The notes beneath the pieces are model-generated. The model saw nothing but the letters and a program-made list of their open reading frames with translations. It was not told the DNA's origin and searched no databases. A stretch of 64,000 nt of DNA, taken from positions 14,287 through 78,286 of the forward strand of contig CAVWII010000017.1 of NCBI GenBank assembly GCA_963754975.1, in the 5' to 3' direction. Both the position numbers and the translations under genes were made by a program. The stretch is from an uncultured Alphaproteobacteria bacterium (lineage in GTDB: Bacteria; Pseudomonadota; Alphaproteobacteria; Rhizobiales; Beijerinckiaceae). Shown in pieces: positions 32,330 to 43,165 of this stretch; position 1 is the first letter of the stretch; each line of letters starts with the position of its first letter.

Positions 32330-35300
32330 ATGACGATCATGAAAGCCGCTCCCCTCCGCGCCGCCGACGCCCTCGACAGGGGCGAGGCGGTGACGCTCGC
32401 GGCGGTGCCGGACGGTTTCGACGGCCTCGTCGTCGCCGACCTTGCCCGCAGCCTCTCCGCCAAGGCGGAGGGGCCGGCCGCGCTCGTGCATGTCGCCCGC
32501 GACGGCCAGCGCCAGCAGGCGCTCCAGAATGCGCTTGCCTTCATCGCGCCGGAGATCGAGATCCTGACCTTCCCGGCCTGGGACTGCCAGCCCTACGACC
32601 GCGTCTCGCCGAACGCGGCGATCACGGCGCAGCGCATGACCACGCTCTCGCGCCTCGCGCGCTCGCGCGGCGCCGACGGGCGGCCGCGCATCCTGTCGAC
32701 CACCGTCAACGCCCTCGTCCAGCGGGTGCCGCCGCGGGCAAGGATCGCGTCGGAGACCTTCTCGGCGGCGCCGGGCAACGTCGTCGACACCGCCGACATC
32801 CTCGCCTGGCTCGAGATCAACGGCTTCATCCGGACCGGCACGGTCCGCGAGACCGGCGAATACGCCGTCCGCGGCGGCATCATCGACCTCTTCCCGGCCG
32901 GGCTGCCGAACCCGGTCCGCCTCGACTTCTTCGGCGACACGCTCGAATCGATCCGCACCTTCGATCCGGAAAGCCAGCGCACGATCGGCACGCTGCGCGC
33001 CCTCGATCTCGTGCCGATGAGCGAGGTGCATCTCACGACCGAGACGATCAAGCGCTTCCGCCAGTCCTACGTCGCCACCTTCGGCGCGCCGACCCGCGAC
33101 GACAGGCTTTATGAGGCGGTCAGCGAAGGCCGCCGCTATCCCGGCCTCGAGCATTGGCTGCCGCTGTTCTCGGAGCGCCTCGACACGCTCTTCGCCTATC
33201 TGCCGGGCGTTCCGCTCGTCTTCGACGCGCTCGCGGACGATGCGGCCGGGGAGCGCCTGGCGCAGGTGAAGGACTATTACGACGCTCGCCATGCGGCGCT
33301 GGGGCAGAGCCAGCCCGGCGTCGCGCCCTACCGGCCGCTGCCGCCGGACGCGCTCTATCTTTCGCCGCAGGAATGGGCCGACCGCCTTTCCGCGCTACCG
33401 GTGGCGCGGCTGACGCCCTTCGCGGTGCCGGAGCAGCCGGGCCGGACCGTGATCGATTGCGGCGCCCGCCGCGGCCGCAGCTTCATCGCCGAGCGCGCCG
33501 ACGAGAACGCCAACGTCTTCGAGGCCGCGGTGCGCCACATCCGGACGCTCCAGGCGCAAGGCCGCCGCGTCGTCCTCGGCGCCTGGTCGGAGGGCTCGCG
33601 CGAGCGCCTCTGCCATGTCCTCGACGACCATGGCCTGACGCAGACGAAGGCCGTCGCGCGCCTCGCCGACGCGCTGGCGCTGCCGCGCGAGGAGGTGCCG
33701 GTCGCGATCTGGGGCTTCGAGGCGGGCTTCGAGGCGGGCGATCTCGCCGTCATCGGCGAGCAGGACATTCTGGGCGACCGCCTCGTCCGCCCGAACCGCC
33801 GCACGCGCCGGCCGCAGGATTTCTTGACCGAGATCTCGGCGCTGACGCCGGGCGATCTCGTCGTCCATGTCGACCACGGCATCGGCCGCTTCGAGGGGCT
33901 GAAGACGATCGAGGCCGCGGGCGCGCCGCACGATTGCCTCGAACTGCATTATGCCGGCGGCGACCGGCTCTTTCTGCCGGTCGAGAATATCGAACTGCTG
34001 ACGCGCTACGGCTCGGAGGATACGGAGGTTCAGCTCGACCGGCTCGGCGGCGGCGCCTGGCAGGCGCGCAAGGCGCGCATGAAGCAGCGCATCCGCGAGA
34101 TGGCCGGTGCGCTCATGAAGATCGCCGCCGCCCGCGTGCTCAAGGACGCGCCGCGGCTCGTGCCGCCGGAAGGCCTCTACGACGAGTTCTCGGCCCGCTT
34201 CCCATACGAGGAGACGGACGACCAGCAGAACGCCATCGACGCCGTGCTCGACGATCTCGGCACCGGCCGGCCGATGGACCGGCTCGTCTGCGGCGATGTC
34301 GGCTTCGGCAAGACCGAGGTCGCCCTGCGCGCCGCCTTCGTCACGGCGATGGCCGGCAAGCAGGTCGCCGTCGTGGTGCCGACGACGCTGCTGGCGCGCC
34401 AGCATTTCCGCACCTTCACCGAGCGCTTCCGCGGCCTGCCGCTGACGATCGCGCAGGCCTCGCGCTTCGTGCCGAGCGCGGAGATGAAGAAGGTCAAGGA
34501 GGGGTTGCGCGACGGCACCATCGACATCGTCGTCGGCACCCACGCGCTGCTCGGCAAGGCGATCGACTTCAAGGATCTCGGCCTCATCGTCGTCGACGAG
34601 GAGCAGCATTTCGGCGTCGCCCACAAGGAGCGCCTGAAGGAGCTGCGCGCCGAGGTGCATGTCCTGACGCTCTCGGCGACGCCGATCCCGCGCACGCTGC
34701 AGCTCGCCCTCACCGGCGTGCGCGAGCTCTCGCTGATCACGACGCCGCCGGTCGATCGGCTGGCGGTACGCACGTTCGTGACGCCGTTCGATCCGCTGCT
34801 CGTGCGCGAGGCGCTGCTGCGCGAGCGCTACCGTGGCGGCCAGGCCTTCTACGTCGTGCCGCGCATCGAGGACATCGCGGAGGTGAAGGCGTTCCTCGAT
34901 CGCGAGGTGCCGGAGGCGAAGGTCGCGGTCGCGCACGGGCAGATGGCGGCGGGCCAGCTCGAGGACGTGATGACCGCCTTCTACGAAGGCAAGTACGACA
35001 TCCTGCTGTCGACGACCATCGTCGAATCCGGCCTCGACATCCCGACCGCGAACACCCTGATCGTGCACCGCGCGGACATGTTCGGCCTCTCCCAGCTCTA
35101 TCAGCTGCGCGGCCGCGTCGGCCGCTCGAAGACCCGCGCCTACGCGCTGTTCACCGTGCCGGCGAACCGCACGCTCACCGTGCAGGCGGAGCGGCGCCTC
35201 AAGGTGCTGCAATCGCTCGACACGCTCGGCGCCGGCTTCCAGCTCGCCTCGCACGATCTCGACATCCGCGGCGCCGGCAATCTCTTGGGCGAGGAGCAGT

Positions 35301-35860
35301 CCGGCCACATCAAGGAGGTCGGCTACGAGCTCTACCAGCAGATGCTGGAAGACGCGGTGGCGCAGCTCAAGGCCGGCATCGAGGAGCCGGCCGAAGAGCA
35401 ATGGTCGCCCTCGATCGCGATCGGCGCGCCGGTGATGATCCCGGAGAGCTATGTCGGCGACCTGACGCTGCGCCTCGGCCTCTATCGGCGCCTGTCGACC
35501 TTCGAGACCGACGCCGAGATCGACGCTTTCGGCGCCGAGCTCGTGGACCGCTTCGGGCCGCTGCCTTCGGAGGTCGGCCAGCTCTTGAAGATCATGGCGA
35601 TCAAGGTCCTGTGCCGTCGCGCCAATGTCGAGAAGGTCGAGGGCGGCCCGAAGGGCGTCACCGTCGCCTTCCGGGACAATTCCTTCGCCAATCCCCAGGG
35701 CCTCGTCGCCTACGTCACCGAGCAGGCCTCCTTCGCGAAGGTGCGTCCGGACATGAAGATCGTCTTCATCCGCGACGTCGAGGATCCCGACGAGCGCATC
35801 AAGGCGACGGCCGCAATCCTCCGCAACCTCGCCCGCATCGCCGAGAAGAAGGCGGCGTAG
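32330..35860 (+). CDS. mfd: Transcription-repair coupling factor
   Basis: FPAWDCQPYDR.SP, RGGIIDLF, VHVDHGIGRF, CGDVGFGKTEVA, DEEQHFGV and TRCF C-terminus. Confidence 0.98.
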   Translation: MTIMKAAPLRAADALDRGEAVTLAAVPDGFDGLVVADLARSLSAKAEGPAALVHVARDGQRQQALQNALAFIAPEIEILTFPAWDCQPYDRVSPNAAITAQRMTTLSRLARSRGADGRPRILSTTVNALVQRVPPRARIASETFSAAPGNVVDTADILAWLEINGFIRTGTVRETGEYAVRGGIIDLFPAGLPNPVRLDFFGDTLESIRTFDPESQRTIGTLRALDLVPMSEVHLTTETIKRFRQSYVATFGAPTRDDRLYEAVSEGRRYPGLEHWLPLFSERLDTLFAYLPGVPLVFDALADDAAGERLAQVKDYYDARHAALGQSQPGVAPYRPLPPDALYLSPQEWADRLSALPVARLTPFAVPEQPGRTVIDCGARRGRSFIAERADENANVFEAAVRHIRTLQAQGRRVVLGAWSEGSRERLCHVLDDHGLTQTKAVARLADALALPREEVPVAIWGFEAGFEAGDLAVIGEQDILGDRLVRPNRRTRRPQDFLTEISALTPGDLVVHVDHGIGRFEGLKTIEAAGAPHDCLELHYAGGDRLFLPVENIELLTRYGSEDTEVQLDRLGGGAWQARKARMKQRIREMAGALMKIAAARVLKDAPRLVPPEGLYDEFSARFPYEETDDQQNAIDAVLDDLGTGRPMDRLVCGDVGFGKTEVALRAAFVTAMAGKQVAVVVPTTLLARQHFRTFTERFRGLPLTIAQASRFVPSAEMKKVKEGLRDGTIDIVVGTHALLGKAIDFKDLGLIVVDEEQHFGVAHKERLKELRAEVHVLTLSATPIPRTLQLALTGVRELSLITTPPVDRLAVRTFVTPFDPLLVREALLRERYRGGQAFYVVPRIEDIAEVKAFLDREVPEAKVAVAHGQMAAGQLEDVMTAFYEGKYDILLSTTIVESGLDIPTANTLIVHRADMFGLSQLYQLRGRVGRSKTRAYALFTVPANRTLTVQAERRLKVLQSLDTLGAGFQLASHDLDIRGAGNLLGEEQSGHIKEVGYELYQQMLEDAVAQLKAGIEEPAEEQWSPSIAIGAPVMIPESYVGDLTLRLGLYRRLSTFETDAEIDAFGAELVDRFGPLPSEVGQLLKIMAIKVLCRRANVEKVEGGPKGVTVAFRDNSFANPQGLVAYVTEQASFAKVRPDMKIVFIRDVEDPDERIKATAAILRNLARIAEKKAA

Positions 35861-35935
35861 GGAAAGGCGCGCCGCCTGCGAACGGGTTCCGGAATTTTGG
35901 AAAGCGCGGCAGAAAAGCCGCCGCCGGTCAATGGC

Positions 35936-36283
35936 CTACAGCTCAGGCTTCGAGGGGATTCTCGCTCCGAGCTCGCTCTGGAGAAGCGACGCGTGCGCGC
36001 CGCTGCCGTCGCCGATCAGGATGACGGGCACCTGACTCGGAGCAAGCCGCGGGCGCAGCCGCTCGGCGAGGGCGAGAAAGCGGCGGCGTTCGGCGATCGT
36101 CGCCTGCGGCGGGATTTGCAGGACCACGGCGGCCGGGCTGTCGAGGAGCGGCATCACCTCTTCAGTGGCGTCGAGGGAGACAGTGACGCTCGCATATCCC
36201 ATGCTGGCAAGTTCGGCGGAGAGGGCGCCATCGGCGCCGCGCTTCCCGCTGTCCACGACGATGACCTTCTGCAAATCGCTCAT
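35936..36283 (-). CDS. Small receiver-domain-like (pseudo-receiver) protein
   Basis: KVIVVD / L..MGY / PAAVVLQ / VPVILIG follows the REC beta-alpha pattern, with Gln at the expected phospho-Asp position. GGAG RBS. Confidence 0.55.
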   Translation of the reverse strand: MSDLQKVIVVDSGKRGADGALSAELASMGYASVTVSLDATEEVMPLLDSPAAVVLQIPPQATIAERRRFLALAERLRPRLAPSQVPVILIGDGSGAHASLLQSELGARIPSKPEL

Positions 36284-36368
36284 GCTCCATCCGGGACGAG
36301 GCGAGCACAGCCGCCGGCCAGGCATCAACGCGGGCGCCCGACAAAGGTTTCCGGTGGACGCGGCCGGA

Positions 36369-37616
36369 TCAGCGCACGCCGATCGCGATCCCGGCGAAGA
36401 GGTCGGCGCGAAAACCGGAACGGCGCCAGCGCGGAACCGGCCCCTGCGGCGCGCCGCGCTCGAACGGCACGACCTCGGCGGCGGCGCCGGCGAACGCGAT
36501 CTCGCCGTCGTCCTCGCGCCGGATGTCGAGGAGCGACGGCGCGGCGAGTGTCCCCTCGCCGAGCGAGAGGACGATGCGCCCGTCCGCTCTGCGCGCACGC
36601 CCGAGGCATGCCCGTTCGCCGAAGGCGAGGACATCGGTGACGCGGCCGCCGAGCTCGCCCTTCCCGCCGAAGCGCAGCGGCGGGCGATGCACGAGAACGG
36701 TCCTGATGCGCGGGTCCGGCAGCCCGGCCTGCGCCAGGGCCGCCTCGAGGAACGCGGGGGCGACGAGGTGGGTCGGTCCTGGCGGGTCGAGGGCGCGACG
36801 AATCGCGGCGCCGTCGGGAAGGCCGACGCATTCGAGAGTGACGCCGGCAAGGAGCGAGGCGACGAGCCCCGTCGTGAGGCTTGCATGATCGTCCGGCGCG
36901 AGGAGGGTGCACAGGCGCTCGTCAGGCAGGATCGCCTGCGTCGCCAGAAAGGCCGCCGCCGCCGTCAGAACCGAGCGGAAGGGACGGAACAGCGGTACGG
37001 GATCCCCGCCGCGCTCCTCGAAGGTGACGACGCCGCCCGGTGCATCGGGCAGGGGCGGGACGGCGGCCATCGGCGTGTCGAGGATCGCCCGGTCGAGGTC
37101 GATTGCCCCTTCCGGCACGAGCGGTCCGAAGGCGCAGACGACGCGAAGGCGCGGCGAGCGTGCCGAAAGGCGGCAGAAGGCCTCGGCCGGCCGCTCCTCG
37201 GCGACGAAGCCCTGGCAGATCACCGCTTCGGCGCCCACCGCCGCAAGCGCGCGGCCCGTCCCCTCCTCGTCCCAGCCGGCCGGGAAGAGGCACGGCACGA
37301 GGCCGGCCCGCTCGACCGCGAGAAGCGCGATGCAGGCTTCGGAACCGTTCGGCAGGCTGATCGCGACCGACGTTCCGGGCCGCAGGTCGAGCATGCTCAG
37401 GAACGCGGCCAGGCGCTCGACGACGTGGTGGCTGCTGGCGCAGGTCCAGGCGATGCGCGGCCGACCGCTCCAGGCCTCGCGGCCCGGCTCGTCGGCGATG
37501 GCGAGGCGCTGCGGCTCCCGCTCGGCGGCGGCTGCCAGAATGTCCGACAGCCGGACCTCAGGCAGGACTTCGTCGTGCGCCGGGCTGCTCTCGTCCGCGA
37601 GGCCGAGCGCCATCAT
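36369..37616 (-). CDS. AMP-binding (ANL-superfamily) protein, degenerate and C-terminally short
   Basis: P.RLAI.D, VAISLPNG.E....LLA..RAGL and C-terminal WRRSG. The P-loop motif is not conserved. Confidence 0.7.
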   Translation of the reverse strand: MMALGLADESSPAHDEVLPEVRLSDILAAAAEREPQRLAIADEPGREAWSGRPRIAWTCASSHHVVERLAAFLSMLDLRPGTSVAISLPNGSEACIALLAVERAGLVPCLFPAGWDEEGTGRALAAVGAEAVICQGFVAEERPAEAFCRLSARSPRLRVVCAFGPLVPEGAIDLDRAILDTPMAAVPPLPDAPGGVVTFEERGGDPVPLFRPFRSVLTAAAAFLATQAILPDERLCTLLAPDDHASLTTGLVASLLAGVTLECVGLPDGAAIRRALDPPGPTHLVAPAFLEAALAQAGLPDPRIRTVLVHRPPLRFGGKGELGGRVTDVLAFGERACLGRARRADGRIVLSLGEGTLAAPSLLDIRREDDGEIAFAGAAAEVVPFERGAPQGPVPRWRRSGFRADLFAGIAIGVR

Positions 37617-37691
37617 TCGACCATCGCTCCCGCCTCGTCTCGAATCGCTCCCCATCGGAATGATGGCGCAAAAGCCCGGACGCGCGAAGCG

Positions 37692-39498
37692 TCAGCGGAC
37701 GCGCCACCAGGTGTCGAGGGTCGGGCCGAGGAGGGGCACCGTCTCCGGGTGACGCAGATCGGCCCGGTAGGCGAGCCAGGAATTGCCGACATAGAAGAGG
37801 GGCACGACGTAGAAGCCGGACAGAAGCGCACGGTCGAGGGCGCGCACGGCGGCAACGAAGTCCTCGCGCGCGGTCGCGGCGAGAAGAGCGTCGATCATCG
37901 CGTCGATCGCCGGCGATTTGACGCCGCCGCGATTGAACGAGCCCTCGCGATCGGCGCCCGGCGAGGCCCAGCGGTCGCGCTGCTCGTTGCCGGGGGAGGC
38001 GGTTGCCGACCAGGTCCACTGGATCATGTCGAACTCGAAGCGGGCGAGGCGCCGCCAGTACTGGACGTCGTCGACGAGCCGCACACGCGCCTCGACGCCG
38101 ATGCGGCGCAGTCCGTCGGCATAGGTCAGCGCGAGCCGTTCCTGGGCCCGCGAATTGACCATGATCTCGAAGGCGAAGGGCTCGCCGGTGTCGCGCCGGC
38201 GCAGCCGGCTGCCGTCGAGCACGAAGCCCGCCGCGGCGAGGAGCGCCAACGCCTGCCGCGCCTGGTCGCGATCGCGGCCGGACCCGTCCGCGGAAGGCGG
38301 CGCCCAGCGTCCTTCCAGAATGTCGGACCGAACCGCGTCCGCAAACGGCGCCAGGAGCCGGCGCTCCTTTTCGCCCGCGGGCCTGCCCTGCGAGGAGAGG
38401 TCTGAGCCGGCGAAGAAGCTGTCGGACCGGGTCAGCACGCCGAAGAAGAGGTTGCGGTTCACCCAGTCGAAATCGAACAGTCAGACCGAGGGCCTCGCGG
38501 ACGCGGATGTCGGAAAACAGCGGCCGGCGCATGTTGAAGACGTAGCCGTTCATCCCCTTCGGGACGCGGACCGGCAGGGTCTCGCGGCGGATGCGGCCGG
38601 CGGCGATCGCCGGAAAATCGTACTCCGTCGCCCAGCGCCCGGGTTCGCCCTCGAAGCGGATATCGTAAAGTCCGGTCTTAAAAGCCTCGAACAATGTATT
38701 GGCGTCACGGTAGAAATCGTAGCGGATTTCGTCGAAGTTGTAGAGCCCGCGCAGGATCGGCAAGTCCTCCGCCCAGAAATCCGTCCGGCGCTTCAGGACG
38801 ACCCGCTCGCCGGGCTTCACCTCGGCGAAGGCGTAGGGTCCAGAGCCGATCGTCGGGCTCAGGGAGGTGGTCTTGAAGCGGGCCGGATCGGTCGCGTGGG
38901 CGGGAAAGATCGGCATCGTCGCGATGATCAGGGGCAGCTCGCGATCGTTCGCGCCCGTCAGGTCGAAGCGGATGCGGTGCGGATCGAGGATCTCGACGGC
39001 CTTGACGGCGGAGAAGCTCGAGCGGTGAAACGGCTTCCCGTCGGCCTTGAGGCTCTCGAACGTGAAGCGGACATCCTCCGCCGTCAGAGGGTGCCCGTCC
39101 GAAAACCGCGCCCGCGGATCGAGGTTGAAGGTGATCGCGCTGCGATCCGAAGGCATCTCGACCGAGCGCGCGATGAGGCCGTAGACGGTGAACGGCTCGT
39201 CGGCCGAGCGCATCATGAGGCTCTGCAGCACGTAGCGCGGCAGGGCGTCCGGCGCGACGCCGATCACGATCAGCGGATTGAGGCTGTCGAAGGTGCCCTG
39301 AAAACCGAGGGCGACGCGGCCGCCGCGCGGTGCATCCGGATTGGCATAGGGAAGGTGCGAAAAGCCTTCCGGCAGGGCCGGTTCGCCGTGCATGGCGATG
39401 CCGTGGCGGGGCGGCCCGTCGGCCTCGGTCTCGCTGGCCAGGGCCGCTGCGGGAGCGGCGAGGCAGAGCAGCAACGCGGCGAGGTGGCGCAATCCCAT
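37692..39498 (-). CDS. Family-5 extracellular solute-binding protein (YejA-like); frameshift at ~38480
   Basis: HGIAMHGEP, YANPDAP.GG, GTFDSLNP, ARFSDG.P.TAEDV.FT, GSGPY, SPGNEQ..RW.S and RALDR.L motifs. Confidence 0.92.
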
Positions 39499-39721
39499 CG
39501 GCGATACGGTTCGATTCGGGCGATGGCGGAGACTAGCACGCACAAACTTGCCGAGGGCGACTGGAAACCCGCGCCGCGACCGGCTAAGGAGCGCCACGGG
39601 TCTTCTCTTTGCCGTATTTGGCAAAGAAGGACCGTCGAACACGAGGCCACTCGAATCGCCGCGCGCCGCCGCGCCGGCCGGCGCGGCCCCGGGGCCTTCC
39701 CGTATGAAGAGGATGCTCGAA

Positions 39722-40516
39722 ATGCCCATCTCGCCCCGTCCCGCGAGCCTCAGAGGACAGCATGGCTTGGTCGCGGCTCTGGCGCTCGTGCTAGGGGCGG
39801 CCCCCGCCCTGGCCCAGAACCCGGCCCCGACCCCGGTTCAGCCGCGGCCGCGTCCGGCGGCGCCCGCTCCCGCGGCGCCTGCCGCTCCGGCTCCCGCTGC
39901 CCCTGCAGCAGGCGCCCCGCCGGCCGCGCCGACGGGCCCGACCGTGGTGCAGGTAAAGGCCGAGCCGTCGCAGCCGGAATGGACGAAAGTCTGCGGCAAG
40001 GATCAGGGCAACGGCGCCGAGATCTGCTACACGACCCGCGATTTCGTCTCCGATCAGGGCCAGCCGGTGCTCGCCGTCGCGGTCTACGACGTGAAGGGCG
40101 CACAGGCCCAGAAGATCGTCCGCTTCCTGATGCCCCTTGGCCTCCTGCTCTCGCCGGGCATCCGCTTCGCCGTTGACCAGGGTGCGGCGATCTCGGGCAA
40201 GTACGCGATCTGCTTCCCGAACGGGTGCTTTGCGGAATCGCCGGTGAAGGACGATTTCATCGCCGCGGCGAAGAAGGGCAGTACGTTCAACGTCAGCGTC
40301 CAGAACGCCCAGGGCCGCGAGGTGACCTTTGCGGTTCCGGCCGCCGGCTTCGGCAAGGCCTTCGACGGCGCGCCGATCGATCCGAAGGTCCTTGAGGAGC
40401 AGCAGAAGAAGCTGCAGGCGGAACTCGAGAAGCGCAGCGACGAGATGCGCAAGCGTCTGGAGAGCACCGCAAATCCCGGCGCCGCGCCGGCGCCGGCCCC
40501 CGCGCCGAAGCCCTGA
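39722..40516 (+). CDS. ialB: Invasion-associated locus B family protein
   Basis: Signal peptide, Pro/Ala linker, WTKVC, ICYT, PLGLLL..G and ICFPNGCFAE. Confidence 0.88.
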   Translation: MPISPRPASLRGQHGLVAALALVLGAAPALAQNPAPTPVQPRPRPAAPAPAAPAAPAPAAPAAGAPPAAPTGPTVVQVKAEPSQPEWTKVCGKDQGNGAEICYTTRDFVSDQGQPVLAVAVYDVKGAQAQKIVRFLMPLGLLLSPGIRFAVDQGAAISGKYAICFPNGCFAESPVKDDFIAAAKKGSTFNVSVQNAQGREVTFAVPAAGFGKAFDGAPIDPKVLEEQQKKLQAELEKRSDEMRKRLESTANPGAAPAPAPAPKP

Positions 40517-40524
40517 GCGCCCTT

Positions 40525-40550
40525 CGCCTCTCCCGCAAGCGGGGGAGGCG
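40525..40550. repeat. Single family-1 hairpin unit; probable bidirectional terminator
   Basis: cgcctctcccgcaagcgggggaggcg between convergent ialB and hspQ. Confidence 0.65.
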
Positions 40551-40570
40551 CTTCCGCCCGCCTAGCCGCC

Positions 40571-40900
40571 TCAGTTTGCGATGGTCGGCTTCGTCCGGTA
40601 CCCGCCACTGCCGTCGCGGACGAACATGTCCTCGATCATCTTGTTGCGCAGGGGCTCGCCGGAATGGTCGGGCAACAGATTCTGCTCCGAGACATAGGCG
40701 ATGTACTCGGTCTCCGCGTTCTCCGCGAAGAGGTGGTAGAACGGCTGGTCCTTGCGCGGCCGGATCTCCTCGGGGATCGCGAGCCACCATTCCTCGGTGT
40801 TGTCGAATTCCGGATCGACGTCAAAGATCAGGCCCCGGAACGGAAAGACCCGGTGGCTGACGACCTGTCCGAGGGCGAATTTCGCTGAACGTGGCTTCAT
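40571..40900 (-). CDS. hspQ: Heat shock protein HspQ (YccV-like)
   Basis: AKF.LGQVV.HR.F.FRG.IFDVDP.F, QPFYHL and AYVSEQNL motifs. Confidence 0.95.
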   Translation of the reverse strand: MKPRSAKFALGQVVSHRVFPFRGLIFDVDPEFDNTEEWWLAIPEEIRPRKDQPFYHLFAENAETEYIAYVSEQNLLPDHSGEPLRNKMIEDMFVRDGSGGYRTKPTIAN

Positions 40901-40955
40901 TGGCCGCATCTCCTTTCGCCGGATATAGGCCGCGCTTCGCGTTCCGCCAGACCGG

Positions 40956-41985
40956 TCACGCTCCGCCTTTCTTCTCGCGCACGAGTCGGGCGAGGTCGAC
41001 CATGCACCTTCGCCTGTTTCCAGGTGGCGTCGTCCTGCATCTTGCCGTCGATCATCACCGCGCCGGTGCCGTCCGGCATCGCATCGAGGATGCGCTGCGC
41101 GAAGGCGGCCTCGGCCGGGTCCGGGGTGAAAACCTTCGTTGCGATCGCGATCTGCGAGGGGTGCAGCGTCCAGGCGCCGGCACAGCCGAGCAGGAAGGCG
41201 TTGCGGAACTGCGCCTCGCAGGCGGCCGGGTCCGAAAAGTCGCCGAACGGGCCGTAGAACGCCTTCAGCCCGTTCGCGAGGCAGGCGTCGACCATGCGGG
41301 CGAGGGTGTAGTGCCACAGGTCCTGCTGAGCGACGCTGCGGGCCCCGTCCGCGGCCGGATCGCCGAGCACCTTGTATTCGGGATGGCCGCCGCCGACGCG
41401 GGTCGTCTTCATGCCCCGCGAGGCGGCAAGGTCGGCCGGGCCGAGGCTCATGCCGTGCAGGCGCGGGGAGGCGGCCGCGATGGCATCGACGTTCTTCACG
41501 CCCTCGGCGGTCTCGAGGATGGCGTGGACGAGGATCGGCTTCTTCAGCCCGTGCCGGGCTTCGAGCAGGGCGAGATACTGGTCGACGAAGTGGATGTCCC
41601 AGGGGCCGTCGACCTTCGGCAGCATGACGACGTCGAGCTTGTCGCCGACGTCGCCGACGATCTCGTCGAGGTCGTCGAGCACCCAGGGGCTGTTGAGCGC
41701 GTTGATGCGCGTCCACAGCCCGGTCGCGCCGAAGGTATTCGCCTTGGCGAGGGCGATGAAGCCGCGCCGGGCCTCGAGCTTCATGTCGGCCGGGATCGCG
41801 TCCTCGAGATTGCCGAGGATGACGTCGACCTGCGGGATCAGGTCGCCGATCTTCGCCCGCACCTTTTCGAGATGCGGCGGCACGAAGTGGATGCTCCGCT
41901 CGAGCCGCACCGGCAATTCGCGATAGGGCGTCGGCGCCCCCGCGGCGAGGGGCTGGAAGAACCGGCGCGGCAGCTTCGTCGTCAT
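40956..41985 (-). CDS. CitE-superfamily CoA-ester lyase, malyl-CoA lyase-like; +1 error near 41004
   Basis: [35 protein letters not shown] and [11 protein letters not shown]. The corrected frame ends at TGA 40956-40958. Confidence 0.85.
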
Positions 41986-42196
41986 TTTGGCTTTAGAGCA
42001 TGTTTGCGAGCCGCTGGGAGCGGGTCGGATGACAAAAATGCCGGCAATCGGGCTGCCGCGGAGGCGTCGTGCCCGGTCGGCAGGCGCCGGCGGACGCGGC
42101 TGCGACGTGCAGCCGGCTGCCAGCGGCCTCGGCGCCCGTTGCGGCTCTCGGAAATCTTTGCGACAACGCCGGGCTTTCCCGCAACCGGAGCCCGCG

Positions 42197-43165
42197 GTGG
42201 CCGACCTCGCCGGGCTCGTCAATCTTCTCGCGCCCTTCTTCGGGCTCATCGCCCTCGGCTTCTTCTGCGGCAAGACGGTGCGGCGGCCGGCCTCCGGGCT
42301 CGCCTGGATGCAGTTCTTCCTCATCTACGTCGCGCTGCCCTGCCTGTTCTACCGGCTCATTGCCGACAAGCCCCTGGCCGAGCTCGCAAACTGGCCGTTC
42401 ATCGCCGCCACCACGACGGCGACCTTCCTGGCCTTCGCGCTCTCCTTCTCGGCCGGATTCTGGCACACGAACGGCGACATGCCCCAGGCCGTGATGCAGG
42501 GCGTCGCCGGCTCCTATTCGAACATCGGCTACATGGGACCGCCGCTGGTGCTCTCGACGCTCGGCGCCACCGCCTCGGCGCCGGTGGTGCTGATCTTCGT
42601 TTTCGACAACCTGCTCCTGTTCTCCCTCGTGCCGCTCCTGATGGCGATCGCCGGGGTCGAGAAGCGCAGCGTCGGCGCCGCCGCCGGCGACGTCCTCGTC
42701 AAGGTCGTGACGCATCCCTTCAACCTCGCGACGGCGGTCGGCGTCGCCGCGAGCGCGGCGCGGGTGCAATTGCCGGAAGCCCTCGACAAGATGACGATCT
42801 GGCTCTCCGGCGCCGCGGCGCCGTGCGCGCTCTTCCTGCTCGGGGTGACGGTGGCGCTACGGCCGCTCGGAAAGATGCCGGGCGAAGTGCCGGCGCTGGT
42901 CCTGATCAAGCTCGTCCTGCACCCGCTGCTCGTCCTGGTGCTGCTCTCGGCGCTCGGGGATTTCGGGGTCTGGACCTATGTCGCTGTCATCATGGCGGCG
43001 CTGCCGCCCGCCCTCAACATCTTCGTCATCTCGACGCAGTACAATGTCGGCGTCGAGCGCGCCTCGGCCTGCGTGCTCCTCGGAACCGTCGTCTCGACAC
43101 TGACGCTGACGATGGTGCTCTGGCTGATCAAGACCGGACGGATGCCGACGGATCTCTTTCCTTAG
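42197..43165 (+). CDS. AEC (auxin efflux carrier) family transporter
   Basis: About 10 TM segments, YVALP.L, SN.GYMG.PL, P.ALFLLG, KL..HP and AALP.A.N. Confidence 0.9.
   Translation: MADLAGLVNLLAPFFGLIALGFFCGKTVRRPASGLAWMQFFLIYVALPCLFYRLIADKPLAELANWPFIAATTTATFLAFALSFSAGFWHTNGDMPQAVMQGVAGSYSNIGYMGPPLVLSTLGATASAPVVLIFVFDNLLLFSLVPLLMAIAGVEKRSVGAAAGDVLVKVVTHPFNLATAVGVAASAARVQLPEALDKMTIWLSGAAAPCALFLLGVTVALRPLGKMPGEVPALVLIKLVLHPLLVLVLLSALGDFGVWTYVAVIMAALPPALNIFVISTQYNVGVERASACVLLGTVVSTLTLTMVLWLIKTGRMPTDLFP

Noticed and set aside
40571-41716. 381-aa extended HspQ
   Set aside because: The upstream part is an alternative frame of the CoA-lyase gene. HspQ similarity starts at ~40900.
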